A stretch of 64,000 nucleotides of DNA from Candidatus Methylomirabilia bacterium. Its GTDB lineage: Bacteria; Methylomirabilota; Methylomirabilia; Rokubacteriales; CSP1-6. The translations under genes and the position numbers were made by a program. This document shows, piece by piece, positions 39,221 to 47,427 of the stretch. The stretch spans positions 7,387-71,386 of the forward strand of contig JBGQEL010000010.1 in the NCBI GenBank assembly GCA_041496385.1. Reading direction: 5' to 3'. Positions within the stretch are counted from its first letter, which is position 1. Every line of letters begins with the position of its first letter. The notes below the pieces were generated by a model, which was given only the letters and a program-made list of their open reading frames with translations, was not told where the DNA came from and made no database searches.

Positions 39221-39985
39221 TCAAGATCGCTTGCCCCGTCCCCGCCCCCCCTCGTCGTCCCTGCCGAGCACGAGCTCCTCGACAGCCTCGAGGTGGTCGA
39301 CCATGGCCCGTCGCGCCTCACGCTCGTCGCGCGCGGCGATCGCGGCCAGGATGCGCTGGTGATCCTGGTGCGAACGCGTCGGCCGGCCGGGCGTGTTGAG
39401 CGATTCCTCCCGGCTCTGGGTGAGAAGGTCCATGACCGCGTGCGCGATCCGCGTGATCGCGCGGTTGTGCGCCGCCGCGCCGATGGCCGCGTGGAAGGCC
39501 GCGTCCTGGGTCAGGCCGGTCTTGCCGTCCGCGATCTCGCGCGCCTGCTCCGCGAGGATCCGCTCCATCTCCTGGATCTCCTCCCGGGTGGCGCGCGCCG
39601 CGGCGAGCTCCGCGAGCGCCGGCTCGAGGAGCCGGCGCGCCTCGAAGAGCTCGCCGATCGCCTCGCGCTGCGACGTCATCACCAGCGCGAGCGGCTCGAC
39701 CAGCGCCTCGATCGACACCTCGCGGACGAACGTCCCCTCCCCGGCGCGGATCTCGAGGAGCCCCAGACTTTCGAGCGCGCGCAGCGCCTCGCGGACCGAG
39801 GTGCGGCTCACGACGAACTTCTCGGCCAGGTCGCGCTCGGGCGGGAGCTGATCGCCGCTCTTGAGTCGCCCCTCGGCGATCATCTGCTTGACCTGGCGGA
39901 CGATCTCCTCGTAGATGCGCGTGGACTTGATCGGCGAGAGGCTCACGGTACGGTCGGGGCGCCGCGCGCGCCCACGGGCGGGCAT
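39221..39985 (-). CDS. GntR/FadR-family transcriptional regulator
   Basis: GDQLPPERDLAEKFVVSRTSVREAL wHTH plus FCD domain (DAAFH...AAHN, HQRIL); start may instead be GTG 39946. Confidence 0.93.
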   Translation of the reverse strand: MPARGRARRPDRTVSLSPIKSTRIYEEIVRQVKQMIAEGRLKSGDQLPPERDLAEKFVVSRTSVREALRALESLGLLEIRAGEGTFVREVSIEALVEPLALVMTSQREAIGELFEARRLLEPALAELAAARATREEIQEMERILAEQAREIADGKTGLTQDAAFHAAIGAAAHNRAITRIAHAVMDLLTQSREESLNTPGRPTRSHQDHQRILAAIAARDEREARRAMVDHLEAVEELVLGRDDEGGRGRGKRS

Positions 39986-40689
39986 CAGGGGCTCCTCCGC
40001 GCGTGCGCGTGGCCGTGGCGCCGCGCGCGCGCGAACCACCAGCCGAGCGCCGCGATGAGCGCGCCGATGGCCGGAGGCGTCACGCGGTGAAGCGTTCCCG
40101 CCGCGTCGCCGAGCCAGCGCGTCACGAGCCGGTCCTCCAGGACCATCTCGCCCGCGACGTAGCCCAGGAGCCCGCCCCCCAGCCAGACGATCCACGCGTA
40201 GCGATTCATCAGGTAGGCGAGAAGCCCCGCGCCCCAGACCACGATGGGCAGCGAGAGCCCGATCCCGAACATGACGAGGAGGAGATCGCCGTGCGCCGCC
40301 GCCGCGATCGCCAGCACGTTGTCCAGGCTCATCGTCACGTCGGCGACGATGATGATCCAGACGGCCTCCCAGAGGGACGTCCCGTGCCGCACGCCGCCGT
40401 CCGCGTCCGCGCCCGGTCGCACGAGCCGGGCGGCGATCCAGATGAGCAGCAGCCCGCCCGCGAGCTGGAGCAGCGGCACCCTGAGGAGCACGCTCACGAT
40501 CGCGACGAAGACGAGCCGCAGCACCACCGCGCCGACCGCACCCCAGATCTGCCCCAGCACGCGCTTGCGTTTGGGCAGCGCGCGCACGGCGAGCGCGATG
40601 ACCAGCGCGTTGTCGCCGGACAGGATGAGATTCAGGAAGCCAATCCCGAGGAGACGCACCCAGAACTCGGGGTCGAGGAGGACGGCCAT
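39985..40689 (-). CDS. TerC-family (YjbE-like) membrane protein
   Basis: NLILSGDNALVIALA and ADVTMSLDNVLAIA motifs. Confidence 0.9.
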   Translation of the reverse strand: MAVLLDPEFWVRLLGIGFLNLILSGDNALVIALAVRALPKRKRVLGQIWGAVGAVVLRLVFVAIVSVLLRVPLLQLAGGLLLIWIAARLVRPGADADGGVRHGTSLWEAVWIIIVADVTMSLDNVLAIAAAAHGDLLLVMFGIGLSLPIVVWGAGLLAYLMNRYAWIVWLGGGLLGYVAGEMVLEDRLVTRWLGDAAGTLHRVTPPAIGALIAALGWWFARARRHGHAHARRSP

Positions 40690-42194
40690 CAGGCGCCCGG
40701 CGCCGGCGCCCCGCGCATCCGGCGCCACCACGGCGTCAGCACGGGGAGGGCGAAGAAGAGAAGGGCGACGCCGGTGATCGCGCCCGCGATCGGTCGCGTG
40801 ACGAAGATCGCGACCGAGCCCTGCGACATGATGAGGCTCTGGCGGAGCGCGTTCTCGGCGAGGTCGCCCAGCACGAGGGCCAGGACCAGCGGCGCCAGCG
40901 GGTAGTCGAGCTTCTTGAACACGTAGCCCACCACGCCGAAGATCACCATGTACCAGATGTCGATCATGCTGTTGTGCACGGCGTAGGAGCCGACGGCGCA
41001 CACGACCACGATCACGGGCGTCAGGATCGCAAACGGGATGCGGAGGATCATGGCGAAGAACGGCACGAACGCCAGGACCATCAGCACGCCGATGATGTTC
41101 CCGGTGTACATGCTCGCGATGAGTCCCCAGACGAACTCGGGGCGTTCCTTGAAGAGGAGCGGCCCGGGCTGGAGACCCCAGATGATGAGCCCGCCGAGCA
41201 TCACGGCCGCGGTCGGTGAGCCCGGGATGCCCAGCGTGAGCATCGGCAGCATCGCGGCGACGCCCGCCGCGTGGGCGGCGGTCTCGGGCGCCACGACCCC
41301 CTCCAGCTCGCCCTGCCCGAACCGTTCCGGATGCCGTGAGAAGCGCTTGGCGAAGGCGTAGCTCATGAACGAGGCGGGCGTGGCGCCTCCCGGTTTGAAG
41401 CCCATCCAGAAGCCGATGAACGAGCCGCGCACGAACGTGCGCCAGTAGCGCGGCAGGATCTTCCAGGTCTCGAGGACGACCCCGAGCTTCATGCCCGTGG
41501 GCGCGCTGCGGAACGAGAGCCCCTCCTCGACCGACAGGAGGATCTCGCCGACCCCGAACAGGCCGATGACGGCGACGATGAAGTCGAAGCCTTTCATCAG
41601 ATCCACGAAGCCGAAGGTCATCCGGAGCTGGCCGGTGACGATGTCGAGCCCCACCGCGGCGAGGATGAAGCCGAGCAGGATCGAGACGAGCGACTTGAGC
41701 GGGTTACCGCCGCCGAGGCCGACGAAGCTCGAGAAGGTCAGGAGCTGGATCGCGAAGAACTCGGGCGGCCCGAACTTGAGGGCGATCTCCGCCAGGACCG
41801 GCGCGAAGAAGGTGATCAGGACGATCGAGAAGAAGGCGCCGACGAACGACGAGGTGAACGCGGCGGTCAGCGCCTGGCCCCCCTTCCCCTGGCGCGCCAG
41901 CGGGTAGCCGTCGAACGTCGTTGCGACCGACCACGGCTCACCGGGGATGTTGAAGAGGATAGACGTGATGGCCCCGCCGAAGAGCGCGCCCCAGTAGAGC
42001 GACGTCAGCAAGATGATCGCGGAGGTCGGCGGCATGGTGAACGTGAGCGGCAGCAGGATCGCGACACCGTTGGCCCCACCCAGCCCCGGCAGGACGCCGA
42101 TGATGGTGCCGAGGGTGATGCCGACGACGGCGACGAACAGGTTGTAGGGCGTGATCGCGACGTGGAAGCCGAGGACGAGGTTTTCGATGCCCAT
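40689..42194 (-). CDS. tctA: Tripartite tricarboxylate transporter, large subunit
   Basis: GVLPGLG, LFNIPGEP, DGYPLARQG, APETAAHA and LTLGIPGS; about 12 TM helices. Confidence 0.92.
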   Translation of the reverse strand: MGIENLVLGFHVAITPYNLFVAVVGITLGTIIGVLPGLGGANGVAILLPLTFTMPPTSAIILLTSLYWGALFGGAITSILFNIPGEPWSVATTFDGYPLARQGKGGQALTAAFTSSFVGAFFSIVLITFFAPVLAEIALKFGPPEFFAIQLLTFSSFVGLGGGNPLKSLVSILLGFILAAVGLDIVTGQLRMTFGFVDLMKGFDFIVAVIGLFGVGEILLSVEEGLSFRSAPTGMKLGVVLETWKILPRYWRTFVRGSFIGFWMGFKPGGATPASFMSYAFAKRFSRHPERFGQGELEGVVAPETAAHAAGVAAMLPMLTLGIPGSPTAAVMLGGLIIWGLQPGPLLFKERPEFVWGLIASMYTGNIIGVLMVLAFVPFFAMILRIPFAILTPVIVVVCAVGSYAVHNSMIDIWYMVIFGVVGYVFKKLDYPLAPLVLALVLGDLAENALRQSLIMSQGSVAIFVTRPIAGAITGVALLFFALPVLTPWWRRMRGAPAPGA

Positions 42195-42197
42195 CGT

Positions 42198-42659
42198 CTA
42201 GAAACCGAGCCACGCTTCGAGCGGACCCTTCGGCATCGGGACCAGAAACCACTTCTCGAAGACCAGGAACGTCGCGAGCGGGAACAGGATCGCCATCGCC
42301 AGGACGGCCAGCCACCCGTGGCGGCCGATCCAGCGCATGTAGAACCCCGTGTAGAGCGCGGCCGCGACGTAGAGCCCGAGCCACTGCGTGAGGACGACCA
42401 GCGCCACCGCCGGCCAGAGGACTTTCAGCACCGGCCCGAGCTGCGCCTGCGTCACGAAGGGCCGTCCGGCCGGGCCGCGCGCCGCCTGGAGGACGATGAC
42501 GGCGCAGGCCGCGATCATGAACACACCGAGCCAGAACGGGAAGAAGCCGCTCTGCGGGCCGTCGGTCCCCCAGCCGATGCCGAGCCGGGCCGAGTCGAAA
42601 ACGACGACGCCGGCCAGCAGCATCAGGAACGACGCGGTGACGAGATCCGCGATACGCAT
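42198..42659 (-). CDS. tctB: Tripartite tricarboxylate transporter, small subunit
   Basis: Four TM helices; GPQSGFFP and FEKWFLVPMPKG. Confidence 0.85.
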   Translation of the reverse strand: MRIADLVTASFLMLLAGVVVFDSARLGIGWGTDGPQSGFFPFWLGVFMIAACAVIVLQAARGPAGRPFVTQAQLGPVLKVLWPAVALVVLTQWLGLYVAAALYTGFYMRWIGRHGWLAVLAMAILFPLATFLVFEKWFLVPMPKGPLEAWLGF

Positions 42660-42672
42660 GGCGTGGGGCGCG

Positions 42673-43644
42673 CTACTTCTTGAGCAGCCCCCCCTTGGCC
42701 ATCAGCTCCTTGTGGAGCTTCTCGTTCTCCTCGACCCAGGCCACGTACTCGGCGCCCTCGGCGAACGCCGGCTTGAGCGCGCCCTCGGTCAGGTATTTCT
42801 GAAAGTCGGGCGTGTCGTAGACCTTCTTCAGCAGGGCGACGTACCAGTCCACGGCCTCCTTGGGCATGTTCGGAGGCCCGAACATGCCGCGCAGCATGAG
42901 GTAGTGGACGTCGACGCCCAGCGCCTCCTTGACCGTCGGGATGTCCTTCCACTCCGCGACGGGAATGCGCGCGGTGTCGAAGACCGCGAGCGGCCGGACC
43001 CGCCCGCCCTTCCAGTGGCTCGCGCACTCGATCGGGTTGTTCACGGTCGAGTCGACGTGCTTGCCCACGAGGTTCACGCACACCTCGCCGCCGCCCTTGA
43101 ACGGCACGTAGATGAACTTGAGGCCGAGCGCCTGCTCCAGCTGGATCGTGAGGATCTGATCCTCCTGCGCGGAGCCGGTGCCACCCATCTTCTTGCCCAA
43201 GGGCTTCTCCTTCACGGCGGCGATGTAGTCCTTGGCCGTCTTGTAGGGCATCTCGGCGTTCACCCAGAGGATGAACTGGTCGAGCGCCATGCGGGCGATC
43301 GGGCTGAGGTCGCGCCAGTTGAACGGAATGCCGGTATGCAGCGGGGTCGTGAACAGGTTCGAGAGGGTGATGATCATCGTGTGGGCGTCGCCCTTCCGGC
43401 CCTTGACGTCGAGGAAGCCCTCGGCACCGGCGCCGCCCGCTTTGTTCACCACGATGATCGGCCGGGGGGAGAGCTTGTGCTTCTCGGCGATGCCCGAGAT
43501 CAGGCGCGCCATCTGGTCGGCGCCGCCTCCCGTGCCGGCGGGTACGACGAGCTCGATGGGTTTGGTCGGCTCCCAGGCCGCGGCGGGCGCGCCCAGGGAC
43601 ACGATCAGGATCGCGATCAGCGCGAGTACGGTGATGAGCCTCAT
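42673..43644 (-). CDS. tctC: Tripartite tricarboxylate transporter substrate-binding protein (Bug/TctC)
   Basis: Signal peptide, WEPTKPIELVVPAGTGGGAD, VVNKAGGAG and VPFKGGG. Confidence 0.9.
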   Translation of the reverse strand: MRLITVLALIAILIVSLGAPAAAWEPTKPIELVVPAGTGGGADQMARLISGIAEKHKLSPRPIIVVNKAGGAGAEGFLDVKGRKGDAHTMIITLSNLFTTPLHTGIPFNWRDLSPIARMALDQFILWVNAEMPYKTAKDYIAAVKEKPLGKKMGGTGSAQEDQILTIQLEQALGLKFIYVPFKGGGEVCVNLVGKHVDSTVNNPIECASHWKGGRVRPLAVFDTARIPVAEWKDIPTVKEALGVDVHYLMLRGMFGPPNMPKEAVDWYVALLKKVYDTPDFQKYLTEGALKPAFAEGAEYVAWVEENEKLHKELMAKGGLLKK

Positions 43645-43751
43645 CGCTCGACTCCTTGCGGACCGGCGCCGCGGTTGTCTCCCGTGACGGTCGAATCTCG
43701 ATGGTGCGTGACGCGTCGGTGTCGGTTGGCTCCTCGGGCGGGTTATGAACG

Positions 43752-43787
43752 GCGGGCCGGGCCCCGGGACGCCGGGGCCCGGCCCGC
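43752..43787. repeat. Perfect 16-bp all-GC inverted repeat with a 4-nt loop
   Basis: GCGGGCCGGGCCCCGG-GACG-CCGGGGCCCGGCCCGC in the oxidoreductase-to-tctC spacer. Confidence 0.85.
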
Positions 43788-43835
43788 GCCGCGGTTACGC
43801 GACGTCGAACCGGCCGGTCGCGTCCATCGGGTGCG

Positions 43836-44867
43836 CTACTTGGTCTCGAGCGCGGCCTTGGTCGCGTCGAGCCGCCGGAACGGGACGACCGCAGGGATTT
43901 CCCACTGCTCCCACATCTCGTCCACCTTCTTCTGGAAGTAGTGAAGATCCTCTTCGAGGAAGTGGGCGAAGCGGCCCTGTTTCAGGAGGTACTCGCGCAC
44001 CGGCTTGCGCGCGCGCCCCTCGACGATCGCCTTGGTCTTGCCGTAGTACTTCACCTGGCCGTCCTCCACCTCGTAGAGGGGGAAGATCCCGGTCTCGATC
44101 GCCAGCTCGCCGAGCTCGTGGGAGAGCATCGGGTCGTAGTCCCAGCCCTTCGGGCACGGGTCGAGCGAGTGGATGAAGGTCGGGCCGCCGATCGAGAGGG
44201 CGCGGCGGACCTTGTTCATCATCTCGACCGCGTAGGACGGGCAGACGGTCGCGACGTACCGGCACTCCGTGTGGCCCGCCGCCAGCATGCCCGCCGTGTT
44301 CTTCTTCCAGCGCGTGTGGATGAGGCGCTTGACCGTGCCCGGCGGGCTGAACGTCGTGTTGGCGCCGTAGGGCGTCGAGCCCGAGAGCTGGATGTCGGTG
44401 TTCGCGTACGACTCGTTGTCGTAGAGCAGGATGAGGCTGTTGTACTCCTTGTGGGTCAGCGTCGCGGAGATCGCGCCGAGCCCCATGTCCGCCCCGCCGC
44501 CGTCGCCGCAGAACGCTATAACATTGATCGGCTCGGACTTCATCTTGCCCTTCTTCATGAGCGCCTTGAGGCCCGCGGCGGTGCCGAGCGCGGCGGAGCC
44601 CGAGGAGCCGAGCTGCGTGTGCATCCACGGCACCACCCACGGCGTTGTGTAATAGGTCGTGTTGGCGACGTACATGCAGCCCGTCGAGCCCAGCACGATC
44701 GTGCGGGGGCCGGACGCCTTCACCATGAGCTTCATGACGAGGGCGGACTCGCAGCCCTGGCAGGTCCGGTGGCCCGACGTGAAGTACTCCTCGATCGTGA
44801 CCTTCTTGACGCCCCGGAACGGCTCCAGGATCTGCGTGGCGTTGGTGAACGTCGTGGTCTCAGCCAT
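43836..44867 (-). CDS. 2-oxoacid:ferredoxin oxidoreductase beta subunit, oxalate oxidoreductase-like
   Basis: GHRTCQGC, TGCMYVANT, GDGG...YDNESYANT (TPP-binding) and PCPKGW. Confidence 0.88.
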   Translation of the reverse strand: MAETTTFTNATQILEPFRGVKKVTIEEYFTSGHRTCQGCESALVMKLMVKASGPRTIVLGSTGCMYVANTTYYTTPWVVPWMHTQLGSSGSAALGTAAGLKALMKKGKMKSEPINVIAFCGDGGGADMGLGAISATLTHKEYNSLILLYDNESYANTDIQLSGSTPYGANTTFSPPGTVKRLIHTRWKKNTAGMLAAGHTECRYVATVCPSYAVEMMNKVRRALSIGGPTFIHSLDPCPKGWDYDPMLSHELGELAIETGIFPLYEVEDGQVKYYGKTKAIVEGRARKPVREYLLKQGRFAHFLEEDLHYFQKKVDEMWEQWEIPAVVPFRRLDATKAALETK

Positions 44868-44879
44868 GGCCGTGCTCTC

Positions 44880-46109
44880 CTATTCTCGAACGCCGAGCCA
44901 GTGCGTCTTCGAGTCCGACTTGCCCGACTGCGCGGCACCGTAGCACATGTCGGTCGCCTTGTTGACGTCCTCCAGCGTGACCTCGCGCCCGCCGAGGCCG
45001 CAGATGAACGAGAGGAGCGGCGGGCGCCGCGCGGCGTTGTACATGGCCGCGCGGATCTCGTTGGCGACCACGCCCGAGGCGAACGGCGAGCCGAACGAGT
45101 AGTTCCGGTCGATGACACCGATCGCCTGCGCCTTGGACAGGGCCGCCACCAGCCGGTCGGTCGGGAACGGCCGGAACCAGCGGAGCCGCACGAGGCCGAC
45201 CTTCTTGCCCTTGGCGCGCATCTCGCGGATCGCGACCTTGATGGGGAGCGAGATGGTCCCCATCCCGACGAGGATCACCTCCGCGTCGTCCGTCATGTAC
45301 TCCTCGAACCAGGGGTTCTCGGGCCCGCGGCCGAACACGCGCCGGAAATCGGCGTACGCTTCCTCGATGACCGTGTAGGCACGCTTCATCGCCTCGTCGT
45401 TCTGGCGGCGGATCTCGATGACCCAGTCCTCGTTCGCCTGCGGCGCGACGGTGATCGGGTTGTCCGGATGGAGCAGCAGATCGCCCCGGTTGTATCGCGG
45501 CAGGAAGGCGTCCACCTTCGCCTTGGGCGGCACCATCGTGAGCGCCTGCGAGTGCGTCAGGAACGCGCCGTCGGCCGAGATCGCGATTGGCAGGAAGATC
45601 CGCCGATCCTCGGCCACGCGGTAGGCGATCAGCGTCGTGTCGAGCGCCTCCTGCGAGGTATCGATCCAGCAGAGGAGCCAGCCGAGGTCGCGGACGACCA
45701 GCGCGTCGTTGTGCTCGACGCCGAACGCCCCGGGATCGTCGAGCGCGCGGTTGCCGACGAGCGCGACCATCGGCACCCGCAGCGGCGGCGTCACGACCAG
45801 GCACTCCATCGCGTACATCCAGCCCACGCCCGACGAGCCGCAGAAGACGCGGGCGCCCACCGTCGAGGCGTGCTTGACGATCTCGAACTGGCTGTGCTCG
45901 CCCTCCGCCACGATGTACTCGGCGACCAGATTGCCGTTGGCGATCTTCTTCGCGATCGCCTGCATCACCGTGTCGTACGGCCGGATCGGGTACGCCGTCA
46001 CCACGTCGATGTCGGCCAGGGTCAGGGCCTCGGCCACGGCCTCGCTGCCCGAGATCAGGAGCTCTTTGTCTTCGCTCGCGGCCGGCGCCGCCTTCGTCAC
46101 CACCGCCAT
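44880..46109 (-). CDS. 2-oxoacid:ferredoxin oxidoreductase alpha subunit, oxalate oxidoreductase-like
   Basis: YPIRP in place of the PFOR YPITP motif, EGEH, NRALDDPGAFG and FRPFP. Confidence 0.88.
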   Translation of the reverse strand: MAVVTKAAPAASEDKELLISGSEAVAEALTLADIDVVTAYPIRPYDTVMQAIAKKIANGNLVAEYIVAEGEHSQFEIVKHASTVGARVFCGSSGVGWMYAMECLVVTPPLRVPMVALVGNRALDDPGAFGVEHNDALVVRDLGWLLCWIDTSQEALDTTLIAYRVAEDRRIFLPIAISADGAFLTHSQALTMVPPKAKVDAFLPRYNRGDLLLHPDNPITVAPQANEDWVIEIRRQNDEAMKRAYTVIEEAYADFRRVFGRGPENPWFEEYMTDDAEVILVGMGTISLPIKVAIREMRAKGKKVGLVRLRWFRPFPTDRLVAALSKAQAIGVIDRNYSFGSPFASGVVANEIRAAMYNAARRPPLLSFICGLGGREVTLEDVNKATDMCYGAAQSGKSDSKTHWLGVRE

Positions 46110-46124
46110 CGTCGTCCTCCAGCC

Positions 46125-47333
46125 CTACGAGGTCTTGTGCTGCGCGTTCTCGCCCGGGATGCCCGCCGTGATCTCGACACCGCCCGTGTCCAGCTCCGTC
46201 TTCAGCTCTTCCTCGTACTGGCCGCGGAACCGGAAGCCGTGCGAGCGGACCGTCGCCTGCTTGTCGTCGATCTTTCCGGTCATCCAGGTCCGGTACGCGT
46301 CCTTGTCCTTCCGCCACATCTCCCACTGGCTGGCGTTGTCGTCGAACACCGACTCGTTCACCATCGTGATGCACTTCTCGACGGGACAGACCGCCTCGCA
46401 GACGCCGCAGCCGCAGCACGAGTCCATGTTGGCGTCATAGGTGCCGTCGGGCATCACGTCGAAGCAGGAGTCGGGGCACTGGATCCAGCAGAGCGTGCAC
46501 TTGACGCAGGTGTCGAAGTTGATCACCGGGCGCATCGTGCGCGTCGTGTACTTCTTGAAGTACGGGTTGCGCTCCGGGACGTAGCCCTTCCCCGCCTCCT
46601 TCGGCTTGCCGAGCGGGATCGCCGGGATCGTCACACCCTCACGCATCTCCCACCACTTGGGCATCTCGAACGAGAACGGCACCTCGTCGTTGCCCTCGGT
46701 GAGCTTCACCTCGCGGGTCTCGATCCGGTCGTAGGCCTTCTTCGCGGACTCGACCTTGATGTCGGAGCCCCACTCCATCTCGCGGATCGCCTGACTGACC
46801 CCGTCGAGGCTCAGGAACGACGGGGCGATCCTGGCGAGCGCGCCCAGGATGCGCACCTCGGTGTGGTCCTCCTTGTAGACCCAGAGGCCCGAGAACGAGG
46901 CCTTGGCGCGGATCAGCGAGAGCTTGTACGGAGCATCCTTCTTGTGGATGTCCTCGAGCAGGTCGTCGAACCTCTGCAGCGAGGTCATCAGCACCGTGCC
47001 GTTCGGCACGGTGAGCCGGTTGATCGGCTGGAGCCCGTACCAGGCCCACGACTCGACGCCCTTGGAGAGCGTGTCGTCCACGCAGATCGTGACGTCCACG
47101 TGCTTGGGCTCGTAGCGGGCCATGTTCTGCTCGAGCTCTTCCTTGCTGTCCGCGACGATCGCGAAGTCCTTCGCCGGGATGCCGTTGCGCTGCGGGCTGT
47201 CGCCGTAGCGGCCGAACGCGATGCCCCAGCGGCCGGACTTGCGCGCCGACAGCACGATGCCGCGCGCGATGCGGGCGGCGAGGTTCTTCTGGAAGATGCC
47301 GCGATAGACGATCTCGCAGATCAGGGCTGCCAT
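46125..47333 (-). CDS. Fused gamma-delta subunit (divergent gamma domain plus 2x[4Fe-4S] ferredoxin), OorD-like
   Basis: CVKCTLCWIQCP and CCGCGVCEAVCP; no GxGGQG loop in the N-terminal domain. Confidence 0.85.
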   Translation of the reverse strand: MAALICEIVYRGIFQKNLAARIARGIVLSARKSGRWGIAFGRYGDSPQRNGIPAKDFAIVADSKEELEQNMARYEPKHVDVTICVDDTLSKGVESWAWYGLQPINRLTVPNGTVLMTSLQRFDDLLEDIHKKDAPYKLSLIRAKASFSGLWVYKEDHTEVRILGALARIAPSFLSLDGVSQAIREMEWGSDIKVESAKKAYDRIETREVKLTEGNDEVPFSFEMPKWWEMREGVTIPAIPLGKPKEAGKGYVPERNPYFKKYTTRTMRPVINFDTCVKCTLCWIQCPDSCFDVMPDGTYDANMDSCCGCGVCEAVCPVEKCITMVNESVFDDNASQWEMWRKDKDAYRTWMTGKIDDKQATVRSHGFRFRGQYEEELKTELDTGGVEITAGIPGENAQHKTS

Positions 47334-47376
47334 GCGCGTCTCCTCACCGGGGCGCCGGCCCCCGGGACTTGGCTAC

Positions 47377-47427
47377 TGGTCGAATGGTCTGACCGGAGAA
47401 TACCCCGGGCGGGGACTGAGCTGTCAA
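47377..47427 (-). promoter_or_regulatory. Promoter and FadR-type operator upstream of the oxidoreductase operon
   Basis: TTGACA (47427-47422), 19 nt, TATTCT (47402-47397); TGGTC-gaa-TGGTCTGACC at 47377-47394. Confidence 0.6.

Larger units (their letters stand above)
39010..39224 (-). promoter_or_regulatory. Leader-peptide transcription attenuator (Ile/Leu) with promoter
   Basis: TTGACA-18-TATGCT promoter, leader ORF, mutually exclusive helices A:1, 1:2, 2:3 and 3:4, and a U-tract. Confidence 0.82.

Noticed and set aside
38893-39321. 142-aa minus-strand ORF spanning the gntR-ppdK gap
   Set aside because: It runs through the promoter, leader and terminator; the region is better explained as an attenuator.
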